A stretch of 64,000 nucleotides of DNA from an uncultured Planctomycetales bacterium. Its GTDB lineage: Bacteria > Omnitrophota > Gorgyraeia > Gygaellales > Profunditerraquicolaceae. Where the stretch lies: positions 25,364 through 89,363 of the forward strand of contig CAYRUB010000007.1 in NCBI GenBank assembly GCA_964427405.1. Reading direction: 5' to 3'. The position numbers and the translations under genes are program-made. Positions within the stretch are counted from its first letter, which is position 1, and every line of letters begins with the position of its first letter. Shown piece after piece: positions 10,259 to 19,400 of this stretch. The notes beneath the pieces were generated by a model, which did no database searches, was not told where the DNA came from, and saw only the letters and a list, made by a program, of their open reading frames with translations.

Positions 10259-11229
10259 TCAATGACACAGGCACCCCAGACTAAGCCCGCCCCAAATGCA
10301 TCCAGAAGAATAATGTCCCCTTTTTTAACTTTGCCTTCTTGTACCGCTTCACAAAGCGCGGTAACTGTGGAAGCGCTGGACATATTCCCGCATCTTTCTA
10401 TGTTCAGATAAACCCGGTCTTCAGGAATACCCAATTTCTTGGCAACAGCCATAATGATACGCGCGTTTGCCTGATGCGGAATAATCATATCCACATCAGC
10501 GAAAGTCATACCTGCCTGCTGCAAAACAGTTTCCGCGGCTTTAGTCATAGTATTAACCGCGATCTTAAATAATTCATTACCCTGCATTTTTATAAAATGC
10601 TGGCGGTTCCTTACTGTTTCGGTAGTTGCCGGGTTCGCCGAGCCTCCGGCAGGTATATTTAATAAACCCAATTTTGAACCATCGCAACCCAGATAGGTAG
10701 AAATGATACCCCTGTTTTTTACTTCTGACAAAACCACTGCTCCGGCGCCGTCTCCAAACAAAACACAGGTATTGCGATCCTGCCAATCGGTAACAGAGGT
10801 CAAAACTTCAACACCGATAACAAGCGCGTTTTTATAGGTAGACGAGGCTATAAACTGCTGGGCTACGGAAAGCCCATAAACAAAACCCGCGCAGGCAGCG
10901 GAAATATCAAAACTAGCGGCTTTCTTTGCGCCGAGCTTATTTTGCAGGATAGAGGCTACTGAAGGACAAGGCATATCGCCGGTAATTGTCGCCACAACTA
11001 TAAGGTCTAAATCTCCGGGGGAAAGTTTGGCGTTTTTTAACGCCACTTCAGCGGCCTTAAAAGCTAAATCTGACGCAGCCTCACCCTTTGCTGCCTGATG
11101 CCTTTCCTTTATACCGGTGCGGGTAGTAATCCACTCATCGGAGGTATCAACCATTTTTTCAAGGTCGGCGTTAGTTAATATTTTCTCAGGCAGGTATTCA
11201 CCTACCCCGATAATGCCTACTTTTTTCAA
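10252..11229 (-). CDS. fabH: beta-ketoacyl-ACP synthase III
   Basis: AACAGF, LFGDGAGA, PHQAN, GNMSSAS. Confidence 0.98.
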   Translation of the reverse strand: MKKVGIIGVGEYLPEKILTNADLEKMVDTSDEWITTRTGIKERHQAAKGEAASDLAFKAAEVALKNAKLSPGDLDLIVVATITGDMPCPSVASILQNKLGAKKAASFDISAACAGFVYGLSVAQQFIASSTYKNALVIGVEVLTSVTDWQDRNTCVLFGDGAGAVVLSEVKNRGIISTYLGCDGSKLGLLNIPAGGSANPATTETVRNRQHFIKMQGNELFKIAVNTMTKAAETVLQQAGMTFADVDMIIPHQANARIIMAVAKKLGIPEDRVYLNIERCGNMSSASTVTALCEAVQEGKVKKGDIILLDAFGAGLVWGACVIEW

Positions 11230-11240
11230 ATCAAATCCCT

Positions 11241-12224
11241 TTATTTAAGTGCCTCAAGAATCTTGGTATTAACCTGCCGCTCAACTTCTTCTTTAGCTAC
11301 GCGAATAGCATTTTTAATCGCCCTTATACTAGAACGGCCATGTCCGATAATCACCACGCCATTAACCCCTAATAAAAGCGCTCCGCCATACTCAGCGTAA
11401 TCAATATCTTTTTTAAAATGCTTAAGGCTGGGCATCATAAAGATCAAGCCGATCTTACCCCAAATATTGCCTAAAAGATGCCGCTTCAGGAATGTCTGCA
11501 TTGCTTCCGCGGCGCTCTCCGCAACCTTTAAAGCGACATTACCCACAAAACCATCACAGATAATAACATCGCACTTTCCGCTAAAAAGATCTTTACCTTC
11601 TACGTTTCCGATAAAATTAAGCCTGCTCTTTCCCAAAAGTTCATAAGCTTCACGAATAAACTCCGTGCCTTTTTTCTCTTCTTCACCTATATTAAGTAAC
11701 CCTACGGTAGGGTTGGATTTATTTAAAATATTCTTACAGTAGGCATCAGCCATAATCCCGTATTGCAATAATTGAGAAGGCTTAGGGTCAATATTGGCGC
11801 CAACATCAATAATCAGGGAATTTCCTTTTAAGGTGGGAGCAACAACAGCGATACCTGCCCGTTCAATTCCCGGCAGGAGCCTTAATTCTAAAGTCGCCGC
11901 ACAAACCGCTGCTCCGGTATTGCCGGCGCTGAAAAAAGCATCAGCCTTGCCTTCTTTAACCATATTCAGGCCGACCACAATCGAAGAGCCTCTCTTACGA
12001 CGGACACTATTTGCCGCAGGTTCACACATCTCGATAGTTTCCGTAGCATGTTGTATACTGATCCGGTTACCGGTATATTTGGCTTTCTTTAAAAGAGCTT
12101 CGATTTTGGGTTGATCCCCCACCAAAATAATCTCAACTTCATACTCTTTTAACGCAGCCAAGCTGCCGCTAACCACTACATCAGGGGCATGGTCGCCGCC
12201 CATAGCATCAACAACTATCTTCAT
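11241..12224 (-). CDS. plsX: phosphate acyltransferase
   Basis: DAMGGDHAP, SAGNTGA, CDGFVGN, HGRS. Confidence 0.98.
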   Translation of the reverse strand: MKIVVDAMGGDHAPDVVVSGSLAALKEYEVEIILVGDQPKIEALLKKAKYTGNRISIQHATETIEMCEPAANSVRRKRGSSIVVGLNMVKEGKADAFFSAGNTGAAVCAATLELRLLPGIERAGIAVVAPTLKGNSLIIDVGANIDPKPSQLLQYGIMADAYCKNILNKSNPTVGLLNIGEEEKKGTEFIREAYELLGKSRLNFIGNVEGKDLFSGKCDVIICDGFVGNVALKVAESAAEAMQTFLKRHLLGNIWGKIGLIFMMPSLKHFKKDIDYAEYGGALLLGVNGVVIIGHGRSSIRAIKNAIRVAKEEVERQVNTKILEALK

Positions 12225-12249
12225 TCTTTTCTCCTAAATATTACTTCCT

Positions 12250-12281
12250 TCCCCCTTCGCAAGCTCCGGGGGATTTCGCTA
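12250..12281. repeat. short copy of the REP-like element at 5124-5190, inverted
   Basis: Minus strand reads TAGCGAAATCCCCCGGAGCTTGCGAAGGGGGA. Confidence 0.55.
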
Positions 12282-12300
12282 AATAAAATCTATAAGGTGC

Positions 12301-12501
12301 TTACTTTTTCTTCTTTTTTTCCTTAACTTTTATTTCCACAACCTGACGGCCATCATAAAAACCGCAGACCAGGCAAACGCGATGGGTAAGTTTTAGCTGT
12401 TTGCATTGCGGACAAGGAACTAAAGTAGTTTTCTGAATCTTCCAGTGCGTACGACGTTTTCGGCCGCGTTGTGCTGAATGTTTTCTCTTAGGTAGAGCCA
12501 C
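12301..12501 (-). CDS. rpmF: 50S ribosomal protein L32
   Basis: MALPKRKHS..RRTH, CxxC...CxxC zinc ribbon; upstream of plsX. Confidence 0.97.
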   Translation of the reverse strand: MALPKRKHSAQRGRKRRTHWKIQKTTLVPCPQCKQLKLTHRVCLVCGFYDGRQVVEIKVKEKKKKK

Positions 12502-12901
12502 AGTTACATCCTCCTTCGTTTTTGTTTTTACCGCATTTTGCGCAAAGTCCCTTGCAGTTTAAACTACACAGGGGCTTCATAGGGTAATCTAATATTATTT
12601 CTTCTCTTATCTCAGGGCCTAAATCAATAAAGCTGGCGCTGCTATCAATTGGGTAACTTAGCTGCACATCTTTATTAAACTGCCACTCAAATTCCTCAAG
12701 GCAGCGGGAACAAGCTGCAGAAAGAATCGAGCGCATATTCAAATCTACGATCAACCCGCTAATCACACGAGAAACATGCGCCTTAATTTTCAAATTGGAA
12801 CGGAATTTTATCAGCTCGGTCTCAAGCTCAAGTTCTGCCGGTTTAATCTCTTCTTCTAATAACAGGCCCTCTGCAGGAACCTGATTAATTATTATCTTCA
12901 C
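12488..12901 (-). CDS. yceD: DUF177/YceD family protein
   Basis: CSRCL and P.KPLC...CKGLC..CG motifs upstream of rpmF; GTG start overlaps the coaD stop. Confidence 0.9.
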   Translation of the reverse strand: MKIIINQVPAEGLLLEEEIKPAELELETELIKFRSNLKIKAHVSRVISGLIVDLNMRSILSAACSRCLEEFEWQFNKDVQLSYPIDSSASFIDLGPEIREEIILDYPMKPLCSLNCKGLCAKCGKNKNEGGCNCGST

Positions 12902-13386
12902 TTTTTCCGGCGCAATTTTTTCTGCAAGGCCTTGGCCACAAAATCCGGCACAAAACTTGAAAGATCCGCTCCCAAACAAGCACCTTCTTTAATCAGTCTT
13001 GCCGATAAATAGCTATAAGATTCATGCGGCATAAGGAAAATTGTTTCGATATCACTGGCGAGCTTACGATTAGTTAAGGCCATCTGAAACTCATATTCAA
13101 AATCTGAAAGCATACGCACTCCGCGCACCAAGACCTTGGCTTTCATTTTATGGGCAAAATCTACTAGCAGGCCGTCAAAATGCGTAACACTTACCCCATC
13201 CATACCGACAGTAGCTTGTTTAAGCATATCCATTCTCTCGGCAACGCTAAAAACCGGTTTCTTATGCGGATTATGCGCCACCGCCACGATGACATCATGA
13301 AAGATCTCATGCGCACGAGAGATCAAATCAATATGCCCGTTAGTTACAGGGTCAAATGTTCCTGGATATAAAGCCACCTGGCACAT
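12898..13386 (-). CDS. coaD: phosphopantetheine adenylyltransferase
   Basis: YPGTFDPVTNGH, RGVR..SDFEYE. Confidence 0.98.
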   Translation of the reverse strand: MCQVALYPGTFDPVTNGHIDLISRAHEIFHDVIVAVAHNPHKKPVFSVAERMDMLKQATVGMDGVSVTHFDGLLVDFAHKMKAKVLVRGVRMLSDFEYEFQMALTNRKLASDIETIFLMPHESYSYLSARLIKEGACLGADLSSFVPDFVAKALQKKLRRKK

Positions 13387-13388
13387 AG

Positions 13389-13931
13389 TTATTCTTTCTT
13401 CCTGAAAATAGAAAGCCGGGTATCTCCGTACTTGGCTTCTTTAATTAAGCTAAAATTTGGGCTGGATTCAGGCAGCAATTCTGTCTTGGGATGCTGCGCG
13501 ATTATCAAACCATTGGGCGCTAATATATCATAACCCTCCAGGGTATGCAAGATTTTTTTTGCCATCCCCTCATGATACGGGGGATCAAGAAATATGATAT
13601 CAAAACTCTTTTTATCCCGAGCCAGGAGTTTGATTGCTTTCTCCGCGTCCAGATAATACAGGTTGCAGGCAGGAGCCTTGAGCAGGACGATGTTCTTTTT
13701 TATTGTCAATACGGAGTTATGATTACACTCAACCATAGTCAGCTCAATTACCCCGCGGGAAAGCGCCTCAAACCCCACTGCCCCGGAACCGGCATAAAGT
13801 TCTAAGAATGAGAGCCCCTCCACATCACCTAATATATCAAAAATTGCCTTACGCACCTTATCCTGGGTAGGACGGATCCCCCTGGGCATAAATAATTTTC
13901 GATTATGATATTTTCCTGTAGTTATACGCAT
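13389..13931 (-). CDS. rsmD: 16S rRNA (guanine966-N2)-methyltransferase
   Basis: IRPTQDKVR, ELYAGSG, EALSRG, DPPY; between recG and coaD. Confidence 0.93.
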   Translation of the reverse strand: MRITTGKYHNRKLFMPRGIRPTQDKVRKAIFDILGDVEGLSFLELYAGSGAVGFEALSRGVIELTMVECNHNSVLTIKKNIVLLKAPACNLYYLDAEKAIKLLARDKKSFDIIFLDPPYHEGMAKKILHTLEGYDILAPNGLIIAQHPKTELLPESSPNFSLIKEAKYGDTRLSIFRKKE

Positions 13932-13932
13932 A

Positions 13933-16008
13933 TTAACCCACTAAGATTAATTTCTCATACTCCGGGAATCTCTGCAAAAGTTTTTCTTTTAATAGCTGGT
14001 GCGGCCGCTCTTCTAAACGGGGATCCTGGCTAAGCAGTTTTATCGCTTCATCCCGGGCTGCCTTAAGCAGCTGCATCTGGGTGAGCGGATTGGCAAGCTT
14101 TAGCTCTGCTAAGCCATGCTGCCGGTTTCCGAAAAACTCCCCCGGCCCCCTGATTTTTAAATCTTCCTCCGAAATACGAAAACCATCGCTTGAAGAAACC
14201 ATCGCCTGCAATCTCGCCTTTGACTCATCGGTCTGTGCGTCAGATATAAGAATACAAAATGACTGCAGGTTTCCCCTGCCGATTCTTCCGCGCAGCTGAT
14301 GCAACTGGCTTAAACCAAAACGTTCAGCATGAGCAACAATCATACAAGTTGCGTTAGGAATGTCAATACCTACTTCCAAAATAGTAGTCGAGACCAAAAG
14401 ATCCAACTCTTTGTTCCTGAATTTAAGCATTGCCTCTTGCTGTTCTTTTGTCTTAAGCTTTCCATGAACCAGCCCAAGCCGAAAATCTTTAAACTCACCT
14501 TCTTTTAATTCCGCAAACATCTTTTTCGCCCCGGCGATATCCAAAGCGTAGGACTCCTCAATCACCGGATAAATTATATAAGCCTGACGGCCATAACTTA
14601 ACTCTTCTTTTACAATCGCAAAACCCTTTTCCCTGTTCTTTTGGCTAAAATGCATTGTCTTTACAGGAATACGCCCGGCAGGCAACTCATTAATTACCGA
14701 AATATCCAGGTCGCCATAAAGTGTAATCGCCAGGGTGCGCGGGATTGGGGTAGCAGTCATAATTAATACATCAGGGTTATTGCCTTTCTTGGGCAAAAGC
14801 GCTCGTTGTCCCACGCCGAATTTATGCTGCTCGTCAATGACGATAAAACTCAAGGCCTTAAATCTTAACTCTTCCTGCAAAAGGGCGTGTGTGCCGATAA
14901 CCAAATCAATCTTCCCCTCTTTAATCTCCCGGTATATTTTATCCTTTTCTTTATCCTGGCCGGTTAATAAACCCACGCGTATTTTACGCCCCGCAAAAAC
15001 TAACCCCGCCAACTGAGAGGTTATTTTTACATAGTGCTGGCGGGCAAGTATCTCTGTCGGCGCCATAAAAGCCGCCTGATACCCGCTTTGGATAGCGATC
15101 AAACAAGCCAAAGTAGCTACCACGGTTTTACCTGAACCCACATCACCCTGCAGGAGCCGCTGCATGGCTTGACCGGAAGCCATATCCGCTTTTATCTCAT
15201 CCAGGACCTTCTGCTGCGCGGAGGTTAATTTAAAAGGTAATTGGAAAATAAAATCCTCGATTAGATTAGCGTTAACAATATGCTTTATTCCTTTATTTTC
15301 TTTATGCCTTAGCTTTCTTAAGACAAGCGGCAGCTGAAAGATAAAAAACTCCTCAAAACTTAAACGCATCAGCGCCTGTTTTTGCAGTTCCAGGTCTTGC
15401 GGAAAATGAATGTTTAACAAACTCTGCGCTAAATTAAGCAGGTTGTTGCGGCTGCGTAAATCAAAGGGCAGATAATCTTTAATTTTAGGTAAAAATTCAT
15501 CCATGGCACCTTTGATCAGATGACGCATGCTGCGCTGGCTAAATCCTTGAGGCAAGGTATAAATCGGGACAATCCGGCCGATGTTTAATGAATCATCATC
15601 CCCATCAATAAATTCAAATTCCGGGTTATTCATCTGCATCCTGCCGTTGTAAATCTCCACCTTACCGAAAAGGATCAAAGAAGTTCCGGTCTTAAGGTAC
15701 TCTTTTAAGTACGGCTGATTAAACCAAACACAGTTAATTTTACCTGTTTTATCCGCCAGCACCGCCTCGGTTATGCTAAACGCGCGCCTGCGCCAGGAGT
15801 TGCGCTGGCCCCCGGTTAAAACCTGAGTTTTTATGGTATAAACCTCTCCCTCCTTAAGCTCGGAAATATTGGAGAAATTCGTGCGGTCTTCATAACGGCG
15901 GGGAAAATAATAAAGCAACTCTTCAATGGTATCTACGCCCCTGTCAGAAAAACTTTTTTTCCGCTTTGGCCCGATTCCTTTAAGATATTGAATGGATGTA
16001 CCTTGCAT
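13933..16008 (-). CDS. recG: ATP-dependent DNA helicase RecG
   Basis: RLLQGDVGSGKT, DEQHKFG, TATPIPRT, QLHQLRGRIGR. Confidence 0.99.
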   Translation of the reverse strand: MQGTSIQYLKGIGPKRKKSFSDRGVDTIEELLYYFPRRYEDRTNFSNISELKEGEVYTIKTQVLTGGQRNSWRRRAFSITEAVLADKTGKINCVWFNQPYLKEYLKTGTSLILFGKVEIYNGRMQMNNPEFEFIDGDDDSLNIGRIVPIYTLPQGFSQRSMRHLIKGAMDEFLPKIKDYLPFDLRSRNNLLNLAQSLLNIHFPQDLELQKQALMRLSFEEFFIFQLPLVLRKLRHKENKGIKHIVNANLIEDFIFQLPFKLTSAQQKVLDEIKADMASGQAMQRLLQGDVGSGKTVVATLACLIAIQSGYQAAFMAPTEILARQHYVKITSQLAGLVFAGRKIRVGLLTGQDKEKDKIYREIKEGKIDLVIGTHALLQEELRFKALSFIVIDEQHKFGVGQRALLPKKGNNPDVLIMTATPIPRTLAITLYGDLDISVINELPAGRIPVKTMHFSQKNREKGFAIVKEELSYGRQAYIIYPVIEESYALDIAGAKKMFAELKEGEFKDFRLGLVHGKLKTKEQQEAMLKFRNKELDLLVSTTILEVGIDIPNATCMIVAHAERFGLSQLHQLRGRIGRGNLQSFCILISDAQTDESKARLQAMVSSSDGFRISEEDLKIRGPGEFFGNRQHGLAELKLANPLTQMQLLKAARDEAIKLLSQDPRLEERPHQLLKEKLLQRFPEYEKLILVG

Positions 16009-16066
16009 AGGTTTATTATACTATAAAAAACCAAAAACCCGCTCCAAAAATATTTTTTAGGGGTAC

Positions 16067-16095
16067 TTGATAATTGTCTATTTATGTGGCATACT
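16067..16095 (+). promoter_or_regulatory. sigma70-like promoter divergent from recG
   Basis: TTGATA-17 bp-CATACT with extended -10 TG; no protein gene downstream on this strand. Confidence 0.5.
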
Positions 16096-16101
16096 TACTA
16101 T

Positions 16102-16206
16102 GTATTAGGAAACAGAACATGCAACAAGGAGGATAGTAACGATAGCGAAAGCTATTAGGCCTATCACCTACAAAGAAACCCCGGGAAAAGACGGGGCTTT
16201 TTTGTT
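16102..16206 (+). ncRNA. candidate small RNA (~100 nt)
   Basis: Promoter, nested hairpin GGAGGATAG..GATAGC-GAAA-GCTATT..CTATCACCT, then CCCCG/CGGGG terminator with T-run. Confidence 0.4.
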
Positions 16207-16235
16207 AATCAAAGCACAATTTAATCCTTAAGATA

Positions 16236-16266
16236 AATCAGCCCTGACAAAACGTCAGGGCTGATT
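16236..16266. terminator. hairpin downstream of the OmpA/MotB gene, duplicated at 18641-18670
   Basis: AATCAGCCCTGAC/GTCAGGGCTGATT. Confidence 0.7.
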
Positions 16267-16331
16267 TTAAACAAGTGTATTTGTTATGTAACAATATTAT
16301 TTACAGCAAGTTGCATAAACTGTCTACTAGT

Positions 16332-17000
16332 CTAGTTTTTAACCTTGCTTATTTTAGAAGGCAATATAACAATTTCTACTCTTCTGTTTTTCTGTTTATC
16401 CTGCGCTGAATCGTTGGGCGCTACCGGTCGGAATTCACCGTAACCATTAGCAGATAACCGCTGCGGTTTCACCTTGCACTCATCAACGAAATAATGTAAA
16501 ACTGCCAAAGCCCTGGCTGAAGATAGCTCCCAGTTGGTTTTCCAACCGGAATGCTTTATTGGATCATTGTCAGTATAACCTTCAATTGCTACTTCGGAAC
16601 TCGGAACATCTCTATTTAAAACTTCACTTACCTTCAAAAGTGCGGACTTCCCATCCTGTTTCACTTTATCCTTCCCCGAATCAAAGAAAACCTCTGATAC
16701 AAAAGTTATAACCAGACCACGCTCAGTCATCTTTAGTTTTGCTTTATATTCTCCAATTTCTTTTTTCAGAGACGCTTCAAGCTCAAGCTTTGCCCTTTCA
16801 AGCTCGGAAAGTTCTTTGTCTTTTTCTTCAGCCACACGCTCAACAGCTTTAACGTTTTCCTTTTGCAATTGAGATATTTTATATTTTAGATTGGCATTTT
16901 CGGCTTCCAGCTCATCTGTCCTGCGGGATTTCTGAATGTAAGTACAACCCGATAGAAAAAAAATACCGGATAAAACAAGGAACAATAATTTGCTTTTCAC
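16332..17000 (-). CDS. OmpA/MotB-family lipoprotein with coiled coil
   Basis: Lipobox LSGC; EGYTDNDPI, NWELSSARA, GYGEFRP, KNRRVEIVI. Confidence 0.9.
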   Translation of the reverse strand: MKSKLLFLVLSGIFFLSGCTYIQKSRRTDELEAENANLKYKISQLQKENVKAVERVAEEKDKELSELERAKLELEASLKKEIGEYKAKLKMTERGLVITFVSEVFFDSGKDKVKQDGKSALLKVSEVLNRDVPSSEVAIEGYTDNDPIKHSGWKTNWELSSARALAVLHYFVDECKVKPQRLSANGYGEFRPVAPNDSAQDKQKNRRVEIVILPSKISKVKN

Positions 17001-17072
17001 TGTATCCCTCCTTATGCTTTTTAATATAATTTATTACTGCGTTACGCGCGCTCAGCCTGCTAAACCGAAGAA

Positions 17073-17159
17073 CTAGCCTATAGAAGGAGATAAAAATGAG
17101 CATCCCTGTAATAAAATTATAGCTAATAATATGATTAACGAATATAAACTTTTTCTCAT
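17073..17159 (-). CDS. 28-aa mini-lipoprotein or truncated lipoprotein gene
   Basis: RBS GGAGGGG, then MRKSLYSLIILLAIILLQGCSFLSPSIG*, with lipobox LQGC. Confidence 0.5.
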   Translation of the reverse strand: MRKSLYSLIILLAIILLQGCSFLSPSIG

Positions 17160-17228
17160 CTCGCCCCTCCCTAGGTTCGTGATAAAATAATACTATTGAA
17201 TTTATTATAGGTACTGGCAGAATTAAAT

Positions 17229-17277
17229 CAATTGTACCTAGGTACAATTGCATGATTTTGCTATTTTCGCGTATAAT
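17229..17277 (+). promoter_or_regulatory. 22-bp perfect palindrome overlapping a -35, with TATAAT -10
   Basis: CAATTGTACCTAGGTACAATTG (17229-17250); TTGCAT-18 bp-TATAAT. Confidence 0.5.
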
Positions 17278-17322
17278 AAATGAATAACTCAAGAGTAAGA
17301 TATTCGCAGAAGAGAAAAGGCT

Positions 17323-18237
17323 ATGGAAAAGAAAATAAAAAATATTCATATCATTATTAATCCCGCCGCAGGAAAGAGAGAATCCATCCTGCCTATTATC
17401 AATACCTCGATGAAAGAAGCCGGCATTAAGTGGGAGGCATTTATTACCCACCAGGCAGGCGATGCGATCAAATTTGCAAAGGCTTCCGTAAAAACTGGAG
17501 TAGATTGCCTCGCTGTTTACGGCGGAGACGGCACACTCACGGAAGCAATCACCGGCCTGATTGGATCAGAGATTCCCTTGTTAATTTTACCGGGAGGATC
17601 GGCTAATGCCATGGCCACCGAACTTGGCATACCCGCCGACCTTAAAGAAGCCTGCATGCTCCTGAACCAGGAACCACTAGAAACAAAAACCATTGATGTG
17701 GGGCAGTTCGATAAGCGCTATTTTATTGTAGGAATAAGCCTTGGCTTTGAAGCGGATATCGTCAGAGGAACGGATCGCCAGACCAAAAATAAGATTGGCA
17801 TCTTCGCCTATCTTTTTGGAGCGACCGCGGCATTAAAAATAACTAAAAAAACCGTTTACCATTTAAAAATCGATGGGCAAGAACATAAAGTTAAAGGTTT
17901 AATGTGTCTTATTGCTAATACAGGTAATCTCAGATTCAGTAACATATCTTTCGATAAACATATAGATGTCAGCGATGGATTCCTGGATGTTGTTGTCGTG
18001 CGGAAAGCGAATCTCAGCCTGTTGAAACTTATAGTTGTCACCCTGCTTAAACGTGAGCGTCCGGACAATCTGGAATTAGTAGAGCACTGGCAAAGTAAGG
18101 ATATCAGCGTCTTCTCAAGCCCCAAGCAAGCGGTTCAATGCGATGGTGAAATATTAGAAAAAATACCTCTTCATATCAAAGTCATTCCGGAGGCAATCAA
18201 GGTTTTGGTTCCTAAAAAAGATAAAATCATTGAATAA
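17323..18237 (+). CDS. diacylglycerol/lipid kinase family protein (YegS/DagK-like)
   Basis: IINPAAG, GGDGT, ILPGGSAN, DGFLDV, QCDGE. Confidence 0.92.
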   Translation: MEKKIKNIHIIINPAAGKRESILPIINTSMKEAGIKWEAFITHQAGDAIKFAKASVKTGVDCLAVYGGDGTLTEAITGLIGSEIPLLILPGGSANAMATELGIPADLKEACMLLNQEPLETKTIDVGQFDKRYFIVGISLGFEADIVRGTDRQTKNKIGIFAYLFGATAALKITKKTVYHLKIDGQEHKVKGLMCLIANTGNLRFSNISFDKHIDVSDGFLDVVVVRKANLSLLKLIVVTLLKRERPDNLELVEHWQSKDISVFSSPKQAVQCDGEILEKIPLHIKVIPEAIKVLVPKKDKIIE

Positions 18238-18243
18238 ACGTCT

Positions 18244-18450
18244 CTACGCAACAATATCAATCTTCTGATCGCCAAACTCCACGCAATCTCCTGAGCGTAC
18301 CTTCCGGCGGATGCGTGATTCAACAGCTCCGTTGACTTTAACCAAACTCGCCTGTATCTGCTGCTTAGCTTCAGCGCCACTGGCAACAAGTTCAAGAACC
18401 TTTAAAACATTATCTAACTCAACAAACTCAGTCTTTAGTTTAAATTCCAT
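18244..18450 (-). CDS. S4-domain RNA-binding protein (YaaA/YbcJ-like)
   Basis: L..VLK..SGAEAK..I....VKVNG.VE.R.RRK. Confidence 0.88.
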   Translation of the reverse strand: MEFKLKTEFVELDNVLKVLELVASGAEAKQQIQASLVKVNGAVESRIRRKVRSGDCVEFGDQKIDIVA

Positions 18451-18461
18451 GGAAAGCTAGC

Positions 18462-18590
18462 TTATTGCGCCTTTACTTTATTTAATTTAGGAGGCAAAAT
18501 CACAATTTCCACCCGTCTGTTTTTGCCCGCTCAAGTTCGGAAACCTTTTTATCTTTTCCCTCATTTTACAGCTGCAGTTTAAATAGCCGT
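18462..18590 (-). pseudogene. internally deleted relic of an OmpA/MotB paralog
   Basis: Contains EGKDKKVSELERAK and, in another frame, KNRRVEIVILPPKLNKVKAQ*; both match distant parts of 16332-17000. Confidence 0.8.
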
Positions 18591-18640
18591 ACTTTATTAT
18601 AGCAAATTAATTGTTTTATAAAACAATTAATCAATTATAA

Positions 18641-18670
18641 AATCAGCCCTGGTAAACTCCAGGGCTGATT
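18641..18670. terminator. hairpin downstream of the lipoprotein gene, paralog of 16236-16266
   Basis: AATCAGCCCTGG/CCAGGGCTGATT. Confidence 0.7.
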
Positions 18671-18707
18671 ATCAGACATGCGTATCTGCTATATAATGAT
18701 ATAAGTT

Positions 18708-19382
18708 TTATTTCTCCCAGGAGAATACACAGCGAAAAGGAATATCCCCCATCAAATCATAAATCCATATACCGACGACTTTGGGGGCTTCCGCTGCAAC
18801 GGATGGCTTTATGACCTCTTCCTCCATCCCCGGAATAGCTACTTTTAAAGCAGCTATGCCAGTTGCTACTGAAGTTGCCGCTGAAGCGGTATCTTTCAGG
18901 GCTGTACCGACAGCCTGAATGATTTCTGTCGTCTTAGAATCGCCTTTCGTATTCAAACCAGTCAATTTCCAGCCATCTATAAGGGTTACGGCTGAATCAT
19001 AAGTACCTGTTCCCCTATTATAGTAAAGAGCATATTTCTGATCCGCATCAGGCAGATAGATTACCTGCATCGAGTAAGTATCTTTGTTTGAAACAGTATC
19101 ATTTTTAGACGAACTATCGCTGGAGGTAGTTTTTGGTTTACTGGAATCTTGTTTACTGGCAGCCTGGTCAGAAGCCTGGCTTGCCGTAGATCCGGACTTT
19201 TCAGCTGTTACACATACAAGATTCTTTGTTACCACTAAATAAGGATGCGGCAGGTAATAAGGTATCCCTTTACCAGGTGATTGAGTTTTAGCTTTATGGC
19301 TCAAAGGAATAGAATATGGAGTTGTAGCGCATCCACAAAGGAATAAAATCAAAAACACCGGCACTAACCTGTTTAATCTCAT
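18708..19382 (-). CDS. hypothetical lipoprotein with Ser-rich linker
   Basis: Lipobox LCGC, GIPYYLPHPYL segment, RBS GGAGG. Confidence 0.75.
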   Translation of the reverse strand: MRLNRLVPVFLILFLCGCATTPYSIPLSHKAKTQSPGKGIPYYLPHPYLVVTKNLVCVTAEKSGSTASQASDQAASKQDSSKPKTTSSDSSSKNDTVSNKDTYSMQVIYLPDADQKYALYYNRGTGTYDSAVTLIDGWKLTGLNTKGDSKTTEIIQAVGTALKDTASAATSVATGIAALKVAIPGMEEEVIKPSVAAEAPKVVGIWIYDLMGDIPFRCVFSWEK

Positions 19383-19400
19383 TTCCTCCCCCTTTCGTTT

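Noticed and set aside
16912-17451. 179-aa minus-strand ORF
   Set aside because: It overlaps two supported genes and a promoter region; the mini-lipoprotein in another frame explains the hydrophobic stretch.
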